Source of the DNA: Octopus sinensis
Lineage: Eukaryota
Direction of reading: 5' to 3'
Assembly: GCF_006345805.1 (NCBI RefSeq)
Contig: NW_021837013.1
Span: forward strand, 1-21,770
DNA: 21,770 nt
Shown in pieces: positions 9,646 to 20,460 of this stretch (position 1 is the stretch's first letter; each line of letters starts with the position of its first letter). The notes beneath the pieces are model-generated. The model worked only from the letters and a program-made list of their open reading frames with translations. It had not been told where the DNA came from and did no database searches. The position numbers and the translations under genes were made by a program.

Positions 9646-10160
9646 TTCAAATTCCGCAGAGGTCAACTTTGCCTTTCATCCTTTCGGGGTCGATAAATTA
9701 ATTACCAGATACGCACTGGGGTCGATGTAATCGACTTTATCCCTTTGTCTATCCTTGTTTGTCCCCTCTGTATTTAGCCCCTTGTGGGTAGTAAAAAATA
9801 GGTATTTCGTCTGCCGCTACATTCTAAGTTCAAATTCCGCCGAGATCGACTTTGCCTTTTATCCTTTCGGGGTCAATTAAAAAAGTACCAGTTACGCACT
9901 GGGGTCGATGTAACCGAATTAATCCGTTTGTCTGTCCTTGTTTGTCCTCTCTGTGTTTAGCTCCTTGTGGGTAGTAAAGAAATATGTATTTAGCCCGTCA
10001 CTACTTTCTGAGTTCAAATTCCGCTGAGTTCTACATTGCCTTTCATCCTTTCGGGGTCGATAAATTAAGTGCCAACTGAACGCTGGGGTCGATGTAATAA
10101 ACTCATCTCCACCCACCCCCAAGCTGCTCTTGTGGCAAAAATTTGAAATAATTATTATGA
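9646..10160 (+). mobile_element. Head-to-tail trimer of 5'-truncated SINE family A units
   Basis: Unit 1 9646-9800, unit 2 9801-9984, unit 3 9985-~10160. Each has ttcaaattccgc...gcctttcatcctttcggggtc...actggggtcgatgtaa (small variants in units 2 and 3). Unit 3 switches to a different 3' end after gatgtaat. Confidence 0.9.
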
Positions 10161-10627
10161 TTATCCATCATCGCCACACCCCCACCAATATTTTCATCGT
10201 CATCACAGTCACCGACATCAACAACACCACTGCCACACTCACCACCGCCATAATCATCACAATCAGTATCGGTAACACCATAACATTGCCAACAAACACC
10301 TTCACTGGAAAAGTAAATAAATAAATAAATAAATAAAAGACCAGCCCATCTTCGGCATTTTAGTACTCTGGCGTCTACAATTCATCAACGCGGTAATTAC
10401 GTCTTTTTTTTAGTTCTAGCTTTTTGTAGTGTTTAGAAATGTAAGATATTATATATTCTGAAGATATACTTATTCCCTTCTAAGAATTTCGGCGCCTTTG
10501 GGCCCGTACAATTATACTTGAAATATCAAAGAAATCACCTCCTTCTGGCTTTCGTCAGTGAAACAACCGCAAACACACGCAAATACACACACACACGTAC
10601 ACTTTTATCTATCTGTCTGCCACTCAC

Positions 10628-10680
<53 letters not shown>

Positions 10681-10810
10681 ATACACATATATATATATGT
10701 AGATATATATAATATACATATATCGTTTCTTTCTTTCTCGTGCTCCTTCTCACCCTACAGGCACACATAAGTACATAAATAGGTAAATACGTATTTGTAT
10801 ATGTATATAT

Positions 10811-10886
<76 letters not shown>

Positions 10887-10992
10887 GCATGTATATGTAT
10901 GCACATAAATATCTATATATAGAGATAGTGAGACTGGGAACGAATGGGAGAGAGGGAGAGGGAGTGAGACAGAGATTGAGAAACATACAAAA

Positions 10993-11017
10993 CAGACAGG
11001 TAGACAGACAGGTAGAC

Positions 11018-11059
<42 letters not shown>

Positions 11060-11094
11060 TTAGATAGATAGATGGATGGATGGATGGATGGATG

Positions 11095-11151
<57 letters not shown>

Positions 11152-11202
11152 TTAGATAGATAGATAGATAGATAGATAGTTAGATAGATAGATGGATAGA
11201 TA
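10993..11202. repeat. (GACA)/(GATA)/(GATG)n tetranucleotide microsatellite
   Basis: Read directly from the sequence. Confidence 0.95.
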
Positions 11203-12186
11203 TTTTGCTAAATTTCACATTCGCACATATTTGCACAAAAAAAATAGGAAATCGCACGCAACTAAGGGTTTTTCAAGTGATATTTATTTTTGATCTAAGT
11301 ATAATGAAAAGATTAGCAACGACCTACCACGGCACCAATAACAAAAAACCATTCTTCGAATATTTATGTTTAATCAATAAAAGCGCTTGATTGTCAGGTG
11401 CCAGACGGAATCGCCTCAGGACACTGACCATCGTATTAACAAGAAAGTGTATAATACATGAATCCACTAGGAAATTCGTTGGCTTTCGAAAATTTCTAAT
11501 CTTGATTCTGATCCGCTGTTAGGTGAGTCAACAGGTCACTGCTTTTTGGTTCATGATTTTGTATTTCATATTTCTTCATATCTTAAAGAACTTCACTTCA
11601 CAACCCCACATGATACTGGGTACACTTTCACTCTGGGGCACACTTAAACAGCTGTTTGCTTTTTACCTCAGAATTTCAGAGAAGGAAACTGTGCAAGAAT
11701 TCCTTTATACATAGACTGAAACTGTAATGATAACTGGAAACTTGACTGATGAGTAGAAGGCCTCGAATGATCCGTTCTGGTTTTTGCATGTCTTTATAGC
11801 CACCTGTTACGTTCTTATTCCGTTATATATATATATATATATATTACTAGTATCACTCGTCATGTAGCGGGTAACCTCTGCGACCATGAGTATTATCAGC
11901 AAATACGGCATGCGTAAAATAATTATAATTTATCTTTTATCAAATTTCCTCATGGTTATACAAAACGGTGAAATGAATAGTAATTTTCCAAAGAAAAATG
12001 TTTATTACCTAAAATAAAATATACAAAGTAACTATTGAATTACTTATTCCCTCTCCTCGTATTTCCTCCTCTTCCTCATCCTCCTCTCAGTTTATGATTC
12101 CTTCCCTCTCACTGTATTGACAGAGACCAATCCCCGTATGTACACTCATAATGTTCCTTTCATGTATTGCAAATTAGTTAGTTATG

Positions 12187-12228
<42 letters not shown>
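12187..12228. repeat. (GATA)n microsatellite
   Basis: Read directly from the sequence. Confidence 0.95.
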
Positions 12229-12229
<1 letters not shown>

Positions 12230-12313
12230 GTATGGATGTATGTATATATAGATGAAGTGTGGCGAGGGAGAGCGAGATAACTTTGCTAAATGATAAAATA
12301 GTCAGAGACTTAC

Positions 12314-12366
12314 AGAATCCGTCATTGATTGGAAATAGGAGACTGTCTTGCAGACGGATTGTCCGA
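12314..12366 (-). CDS. Weak candidate exon; peptide resembles class A GPCR ECL1-TM3
   Basis: On the minus strand, tttatctcag|TCGGACAA...GGATTCT|gtaagt. One open frame gives GQSVCKTVSYFQSMTDS (GxxxCKxxxY/FxQ pattern). No partner exon was found in the window. Confidence 0.2.
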
Positions 12367-12616
12367 CTGAGATAAATTTTTTTCCCTCAGTCTAGATATA
12401 GATTTCCTTATATCTACAGTTAATAGCTAAAAAATCGTTTAAGTAATCAATGAAGGAGCTCAATAATTATGATCAGATATAAGTTAATTTCTATTTACAG
12501 CTAATTTGTTTTGTCCTGAGGAAGTTTACTTTAGTTTGATTAAGAGTTAAGAAACATTATTGCCGAGTGTGTCTTTATAATGTTAAGAACAACGATTTCG
12601 ATAGACGGAAATATTC

Positions 12617-12617
<1 letters not shown>

Positions 12618-12655
<38 letters not shown>

Positions 12656-12849
12656 CTATAAGATATATATATATATAACATATATATACGATACAGATAC
12701 ACACATATATATAGACATATATAAATACATATATAACACATACACACATGTATATTATACACATACACACATGTATATATACACACATTACTGTATATAT
12801 TATACATAATATATATTAATATATTATATAAAAATACATGTAAAATATG

Positions 12850-12880
<31 letters not shown>

Positions 12881-12922
12881 AAATATATATATATATATAT
12901 ACATATATATGCATACATATAT
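12618..12922. repeat. Compound (AT)/(AC) low-complexity tract
   Basis: Read directly from the sequence. Confidence 0.9.
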
Positions 12923-13499
12923 TATTGTGCTTGCTCGTATAACGCATGGTGTTTATAAGCCAGTGAGAAGAGACAAAGTTTCCGGAAATAGACGTCATTA
13001 AATGATTTTTTTTTATTTATTAATAGTTTACAGTTTTATAAGTGTGTTTGTAACTTTTTGATCTCTTCATAATTTATGAATGGAAATCGGCAAAACAGAA
13101 TGAAGTAAAGAAGTTAAGATTTCATTATGAAGTAGAGGCAGAAGTGGAAGAAATTTTCATATGTATAAATATTTAAGGAGGGAACTAACGTTTGAAGTCT
13201 ATCTAATTTGATACCGAACTGTAGAGATCGGTAAGGAAAAAAACATGCTAAATGTATAAGTCACAAAAACATTTTATTGCAAAAATATTTGCCAGAAAAT
13301 TTGTTGATAACTGAAGTAATGTGTTAAAAGACACATATTGAACAGAAAAATAAACATTTGAGCAAAAGTTTGCTGAATGTTATTAAAACGGAGTGGGGCA
13401 CCTTTGCTTAAGACATACCACTAATTTACAAGAAGATTTTATGGAATAAGCAAACTTATATTTCATCATACAATTATTGAAAGATATTTTAAAATTATT

Positions 13500-13786
13500 C
13501 TATAATTTTGAGATGAGGAATTATGTACATTATTTAGAATGTATGAATAGGTGTCCTTACTGTGTTTGTTGTTACCACAACTTTTCGGTTGATGTACTCT
13601 CCACCCTTCCTCAGGTGTTCTGATGGAATTTCCAACCCAGCCCTTTATTTCACTAATAAGGTACTCTGTTCTCATTTCAAAGTAATTCTTTTTTGATGAT
13701 GTTATCTTCTTGTTTATATTATATCACAAGTCCCTGGGAATCCGAGGGTTAGTAGCCCACGATCTTAACCACTACGCTATATGCTC
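13500..13786 (-). mobile_element. Decayed tRNA(Ser)-like-headed short element with a hammerhead-like motif in its 3' half
   Basis: Minus strand: A box TAGCGTAGTGG (13779-13769); anticodon-arm-like GGG-CTACTAA-CCC (13758-13746), compare tRNA-Ser(GCT) GGACTGCTAATCC; truncated GATTCC B-box remnant. Downstream CTGAGGA (13614-13608), a 4/5-bp stem, and GAAA (13586-13583). The 3' boundary is approximate. Confidence 0.65.
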
Positions 13787-14340
13787 ATAGGCAATTATAG
13801 AGTAAATTTGGGGGCATATAAACCTAATATTCTATCTTTTCTTAATACCGTTTCCATATTTTAAAGTTGTTTTGTTAGAAAAATTATTATTCTGTGCAAG
13901 TGAAAATAATTTTGTGGCATTATACTGGAATGAAATAAGAACTCATTGAATTATCATAAATAAGCTATGTTATATTCTTTCAGCTTTATTATTTTTCAGT
14001 TCAACTGTATAGCCGAATATATTATGTCATACAAAATATTACCATACAAGATGTAAAGCTCGTATTTCTAGGTAACGATTTGCACCACAGCGTTCATCCA
14101 GCAGAGTAGTGCACCACCGCTATGATTTTGTTGTCATCCACTCATTGTCAATAGCTGACAGAATGTGAATGTTTCTTTATACTCATTTCATCTTTCAAAG
14201 AGATAATTATCTAAATTATCTAAATTTCCATTGTAATATTTCTGGATGGTCATTTACTTTCGTTTTTTTTTTGTTTTTGTTTTTTGACAAATAAACACAG
14301 GCAGTATATATTCGTTTTTCACTCGTTATTACTGTTCATA

Positions 14341-14480
14341 TTTTATCTTATGACCTTTGTCCGGAAATTTTTCGCTGCGATCTCTTCAGCGACCCTTTCC
14401 GTCCATGTGCATCTTTCTGCTCTGCTTAATCCATTCAGATGTGGGACGTAAGATTTCCGGAAAATGGTCATAATATAAAA
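14341..14480. mobile_element. Candidate 140-bp MITE with 30-bp terminal inverted repeats
   Basis: ttttatcttatgacctttgtccggaaattt (14341-14370) is inverted with agatttccggaaaatggtcataatataaaa (14451-14480), 26/30. The 80-bp interior is GC-richer than the flanks. Confidence 0.7.
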
Positions 14481-15597
14481 TGCGAAGAGTAATAAAAGTG
14501 TGAAGAACGAATAAATAGTGCGTGTGTTTATTTGACAATAAAAAAAAAAAAGAATGACCATCCCGAAATATAACAGTATCTGTTTCAACACCCGATTTCA
14601 CATCAGGAATATTGCAACACAAATTCATAAAGGTAACAGAGTCATTAAATAATATAAAGTATACCAGTGTGGGTTATACATGCCGAGGAAGGAAGTATAA
14701 TGAAGTGATGTGATTTCCTCATGTAACTACTCAGGTACCGTAAACAATCTGTTTAATTTTGTGCTGCCTGTGATATTTTGTCATTTTTTCAATATTTTAT
14801 TACTAGGAACAATTATTGGACCTACGGATTTCTGCTCACAATGCTCCAAAACCTAGGATATTCAGTCCCCTATCCATAATACATCCGAATAAGGTGCAGG
14901 GCCGATTCTTTGATACAATGAAATTTTTTTTTTAAAAACGTGCGTCATATGGGCGGGAAATTACTATAATTAAAACCTGATAATGGATCTGAATTCGATA
15001 AGTAACATTATTTCAAGGAGAAATAAAACTGAAAGATGAAAATCAAATCAGTTTCGTGTTTCTTGTTTCAGTTATATTTCCTGATGAAATGGTGTTCTTC
15101 AACTCATTCCGATGAATTAATTTATTAATTAGCATTTTTAATTGCTTTGTTTTAGCGATGGTATTACTGTTTTTAACTGTAGAGACAGCTGCAGAAATTA
15201 GAATGAAATGTTTGAAATATCTTTTTTATTATAGCAACGCTTTCTCATTCGCATTTCACTCTCTGTCACACCTTCGCTGTTCTTTCTTTTCTTTGTTTCT
15301 TTCGTTCTTTCCTTCACTTTTTATCTCCCTCTGTATATATACATATATATATGTGTGTCTGTTTGTGTGTGTGCATGTTTGTGAGTTTGTGTGTTTGTGT
15401 GTGCATGTGATTGAGTGTGTGTGTGTAAATGCAAAAAATATGAGTGTGGAGCATTGAAGATTCGATTGAATCATTCGATTTCTATTCAAACTCATTCCAT
15501 TTATGTATATTACATTGAATTATGATATATGGGAATTTAACAACGTTAAAAATCATACTCCTAAATTTATAGACATTACGCATATATGTGAACAGTA

Positions 15598-15745
15598 CAC
15601 ACGCATACATACACACACACATACATACACACACATACATACATACATACATACACACACATACATACACATATACATACATATATACATTTCATACATA
15701 TGCACATACATACATACATACATACATACATACATACATACATAC
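15598..15745. repeat. (CATA)n/(CA)n microsatellite
   Basis: Read directly from the sequence. Confidence 0.95.
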
Positions 15746-16029
15746 CATCTTACACACGAGCGCGCAAATCTCACACATATTGCTGAGATAAACGGATCTC
15801 GTTGTCGCTCACACAATTTTACACCAGCGTTATTTCATCTGTAATGAATGAACATTCAAATTCACGCATACACAATTTACTGCTTTAAATTTTTTTTTAA
15901 ATACATCCCCCGGTTCTTTTCACCTGCATTGTGTTAAAGTTTCTGTAAAATACTTCCAATGAATTCTTTCATGTATTGAATATTGCAGTTTCTACACCTA
16001 TCGGTTGTTTTTTCCCTAACTACTTCTTA

Positions 16030-16385
16030 CATTGCCATATACAGACATTCACAAAAACCGGAGTTTCTGTTCCCTTACACGCATATTTAACTCTATCTTT
16101 ATTGCTACCCTTCATACCTGTATGAGTGATGCTATTACATTTTCCACCCACGTTCCATTGTCTAACTTCTATCTCTCATACTTATTTCTGCTTTCTTTAT
16201 CACTAAAATATTCAATCTGTCTTTCACCAACCATCCCTGACGTCACTCAAACAGAGTCCCTTCATTTTGCTTTCTAACTGTACTCCTCCTCCTCTTCTTT
16301 GCAACAATGCTGCTCTATCTATACACCTGCTCTTGAAACAGAGTACTTTAAAATCCTTTCCAATATTTATATCTTCATCGTCGAG
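16030..16385 (-). mobile_element. Probable decayed LINE AP-endonuclease fragment
   Basis: Minus-strand translation RLDDEDINIGKDFKVLCFKSRCIDRAALLQRRGGGVQL resembles the APE motif (DxxIxIxGYxxFRxDR...RGGGV). After a frameshift and stops, AIKIELN...MSVYG resembles the downstream xSVY motif. Confidence 0.35.
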
Positions 16386-17124
16386 TCGCTAGTTACTGAT
16401 CGTAAACAACAACACATGTTTCTATGTACTGTAAATGTAAAGCGACCCACTAACACGTAGACACTTTATCACCTTGTCAACTCTCTAGACATATAAATTA
16501 TTTACAGTCACAGAAGAGAACTCGTTCTAAACTAACGATGAAAATAACCTCTGGGAAATCCGAATAATTCCAATGCTAATGAAACATAATGAAGGTCAAG
16601 TAAGCTCCCTCAAATTGTAGTTGCTTTCTGCAGTCTTATAGCATTTTGCAGCGAATCATCTGAACAATATGCTACAATTTTCTGCATGTGACCTGAATCG
16701 TACAATGGAAAGCAAGTCAGAATCGAATAAGAATCCACTTTTTAACCAGAACGCAGCTAAGGAATCATATACTGTGACTATTTTATTGATTAGACACTTA
16801 CTTTTCTGCCAGTTAAACTCAGAATGGGGATGTATATCTTACAAATTAGTGTAATACAAGTACAAAGTCTGTGATATATATTTAGCTTTGTCATTACAAA
16901 TTTGGAAAAGGACTATGACCGAAAGGTTGCATATTTGTGGCCCCACGAGAGTTTCACAATACACATGCTTACTGTATGCATATGCATATTTCTTTATAAA
17001 GAAATAAAGAAATAAAGAAATACTTGAACTCATAAATATGTATAGAATTTATAAATACTTATACGGACACAAATCTTGCTGGGATATAATGATATAGATA
17101 ATGTCCCCAAAATAAATGCACACG

Positions 17125-17330
17125 CATGTATACATATGTATGTGTACACATATATATATATATTATATATATATAATATATATATATATATATGCATATA
17201 TATGTATGAATAAATATACATATATATACATAAACACCACACACACTCATATATATATATACACACACACACACGCACACACACACATATTTAAATATAT
17301 ATACACGCACACACATAAACACACACAAAT
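17125..17330. repeat. Compound (AT)/(AC) microsatellite
   Basis: Read directly from the sequence. Confidence 0.9.
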
Positions 17331-17735
17331 AAAATCAAAACTTGAATTCAAAGTATCCAGAATTTACTTCTCCCCAAAGGAATCGACTATCAGTTCACAT
17401 AGGAATTAAATTAAAATATAGCTTAACTTCTCGCAACCGACAATCCTGGATATGCAAACAGAAAATATGTCTACGAGGTGAAATAATTAATACAATTAAA
17501 TTGAGAATACGAAACGGCTGTAATCATATGAAAATCATATGAAAGTAATAAGTTGTAATCACTTGGCATACCACCTGATTGTATATGGTTACCTATTTAT
17601 AATCACCCCACTTTGTCGTATGGTTAACACCATATAGATTTCTGGTGCATCCAAGTAAAGTACCATATTCATGTGAATTCAACAGAACTCACTTGAATCT
17701 TAATTGCTTGTACCGTATATATATATATATATATA

Positions 17736-17769
<34 letters not shown>

Positions 17770-18099
17770 TTCTCTCCTTCCTCTGTCTCTCTCTCTCTCT
17801 CGGTTTGTTTAAGTATGCATAAGTGTTCTTACTTATGTTTTCAAAGCCAAAGCAATCCAAAATTTGTAATTTTGATCTGTAGTTAGTGCTGTTGCCAAGT
17901 ATTTCAGCCTTTAAAGTTTAGGATCACTTTTCCCAGAAGAAGATTTTGAAGATTTCCAAAGAGACAGCAAAAGTACAAACCATAAACCTGTTTTATTTTC
18001 TTATTTTAAAATTGTATCTTATGAGCTGAAAAGAAAAACTGCTAAAATTTATATTTATCAGAGAGCTCTTCCTAAAACAAAACTATGCTACTCCCTTTT

Positions 18100-18107
18100 T
18101 CTCTGTT

Positions 18108-18141
<34 letters not shown>

Positions 18142-18330
18142 CACACATACACACACACATATACATATATACATATATATATATTATGTATCTACATAAA
18201 CACACATACGCACAAACACATATATACATATCTATATTTATATCTATATACACAGACATAGGCGCACATACATAAACTCTCATATATGTATAGATATATA
18301 TATATATATATACATATATAAATACATATG
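18100..18330. repeat. (CT)n followed by (AC)/(AT) low-complexity tract
   Basis: Read directly from the sequence. Confidence 0.9.
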
Positions 18331-18810
18331 CGTCCCTCCTCTACATGTAAACACCTACGAACCTTTAATCTATTTATAATTAGCTAGAACTAGCTTATTT
18401 GCCATCATATTGTATAGAAATTTGTATGTGTGTGCGTATGTATGTATGTATGTATGTATGTATGTATGTATGTCTGTATGCGCACGCACGTATGTGAGTA
18501 TGATACAGTTTCTCTTGTTCGTACGATAATAAACATATTTTGAGATAACCCGATGTAGATATCGAAGAAAAATACCTTTTAGAGTTCCGTATCTAAGAAA
18601 CGAGTGTATAGTAAGTGCTCCTGATTTATGTACCTTGTATAATGCAGAACTAATTAAACAGCACAGTTTGCATGCATTTGTTGTAAGCGTCGACACTTAA
18701 TTTTTTTCAGTTCTTTTCTTTTCATAGATCTTAACCAGCGGCTTTATTTTACATGTATATCAAATACTAAATCTGCTTCAGTTGTTACCAGCACCACATT
18801 ATCATCATCC

Positions 18811-19042
18811 TATTTCTTTATTACCCACAAGGGGCTAAACATAGAGGGGACAAACAAGGACAGACATAGGTATTAAGTCGATTATATCGACCCCAGAGCA
18901 TAACTGGTACTTAATTTATCGACCCCGAAAGGATGAAAGGCAAAGTTGACCTCGGCGGAATTTGAACTCACAACGTAACGACAGACGAAATACCGCTAAG
19001 CATTTCATCCGGCGTGCTAACGTTTCTGCCAGCTCGCCGCCT
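18811..19042 (-). mobile_element. Full-length SINE family A with perfect 12-bp TSD
   Basis: Reverse complement of 852-1084, with intact GAGTTCAAATTCC B box. Flanked by TTATCATCATCC at 18799-18810 and 19043-19054. Confidence 0.95.
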
Positions 19043-19081
19043 TTATCATCATCCATTCCAACAACACCGTCGTCACGTCAT

Positions 19082-20420
19082 GTGTGTATGTATGTATGAA
19101 TGTATGTATGTATGAATGTATGTATGTATGAATGTATGTATGTATGAATGTATGTAATGTATGAAGTTGTATGTATGTATAAATGTATGTATGTATGAAT
19201 GTATGTATGTATGAATGTATGTATGTATGGTATGGTATGTATGTATGAATGTTGTATGTATGAATGTATGTATGTATGTATGGATGAATGTATGTATGTA
19301 TGTATGTATGTATGTATGAATGTATGTATGTAATGTATGTATGAATGTATGTATGTATGTATGTATGTATGTATGTATGTATGTATGTATGTATGTATGT
19401 ATGTATGTAGTAGGTATGTATGTATGTATGTATGTATGTATGGGAATGTTGTTGTATGTATGTATGTATGTATGTATATTATGTATGTATGTATGTATGT
19501 ATGTATGTATGTGTATGAATGTATGTATGTATGAATGTATGTATGTATGAATGTAGGTAGTTATGAATGTATGAATGTATGTATGTATGTATGTATGAAT
19601 GTATGAATGTATGAATGTATGTATGTATGAATGTATGTATGTATGAATGTATGTATGTATTATGTTGTTGTATGTATGTATGAATGTATGTATTATGTAT
19701 GTATGTATGTATGTATGTATGTATGAATGTAGTATGTATGAATGTATGTATGCATGTATGTATGTATGTATGTATGAATGTGTATGTATGAATGTATGTA
19801 TGTATGAATGTATGTATTATGTATGTATGTATGTATGTATGTATGTATGTATGTATGAATGTATGTATGAATGTATGTATGTATGTATGTATGAATGTAT
19901 GTATGTATGTATGTATGTATGTATGTATGTATGTTGTATGTATGAATGTATGTATGTATGTAATGTATGTAGTATGTATGTATGAATGAATGTATGTATG
20001 TATGTATGAATGTTATGTATGTATGTATGTATGTAGTATGTATGTATGTTATGAATGTATGTATGTATGTATGTATGTATGTATGTATGTATGTATGTAT
20101 TAATGTATGTATGTATTAATGTATGTATGTATGAATGTATGTATGTATGTATGTATGTATGAATGTGATGTATGTATGTATGTATGTATGTATTAGTATG
20201 TATGTATGTATGTATGTATGAATGGAGGTATGTATGATGTATGTATGTATGTTGTATGTATGTATGTATGTATGTATGGATGTATGTATGAATGTATGTA
20301 ATGTATGATGTCTGAATGAATATATTATGTATGTATGTATGTATGTATGTATGTATGAATGTATGTATGTATGATGTATGAATGTATGTATGTATGTATG
20401 TATGTATGTATGTATGTATG
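19082..20420. repeat. ~1.3-kb (GTAT)n satellite interrupted by GAAT variants
   Basis: Read directly from the sequence; the source of the MYVC/HTYI ORFs. Confidence 0.97.
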
Positions 20421-20460
20421 CATGCGTGTGCGTATGCATGTGTATCTATGTATGTATATA

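Noticed and set aside
9229-9730. The longest ORFs (145 aa poly-E/K/R, 160 aa poly-S/F)
   Set aside because: They are translations of the (CTT/CCT)n microsatellite running into a SINE, with no splice or domain evidence.
11471-11760. GYTF and MITGNL motifs suggesting an RTE endonuclease; strong GTGAGT donor at 11523
   Set aside because: The motif spacing is about half that expected. The candidate exon 11398-11522 has stops in all frames (one ends in TAG at the donor).
11714-11803. Minus-strand VAIKTCKN, identical to a FAK-type kinase VAIK motif
   Set aside because: The frame stops after ~32 codons, the preceding acceptor is purine-rich, the downstream residues do not fit helix C, and no other kinase exon was seen. 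Probably chance.
13320-13410. LLNVIKTEWG resembling the hAT DVxTRWN motif
   Set aside because: Too few conserved residues, frequent stops, and no other transposase motifs.
14343-14470. YVPHL resembling the mariner WVPHEL motif
   Set aside because: It lies within a 140-bp TIR element that is too small, and the flanking residues do not match a transposase.
14807-14893. Acceptor-bounded 87-nt open frame (EQLLDLRISAH...)
   Set aside because: The GTGCAG donor is weak and there is no recognisable homology. The candidates at 3287-3330, 17908-17971 and 18582-18610 are similarly unsupported.
15081-15113. CTGATGA-AATG...CATT hammerhead-like start (also CTGATGAG at 11746)
   Set aside because: The required GAAA is missing (GATG or GAAT instead) and there is no helix III.
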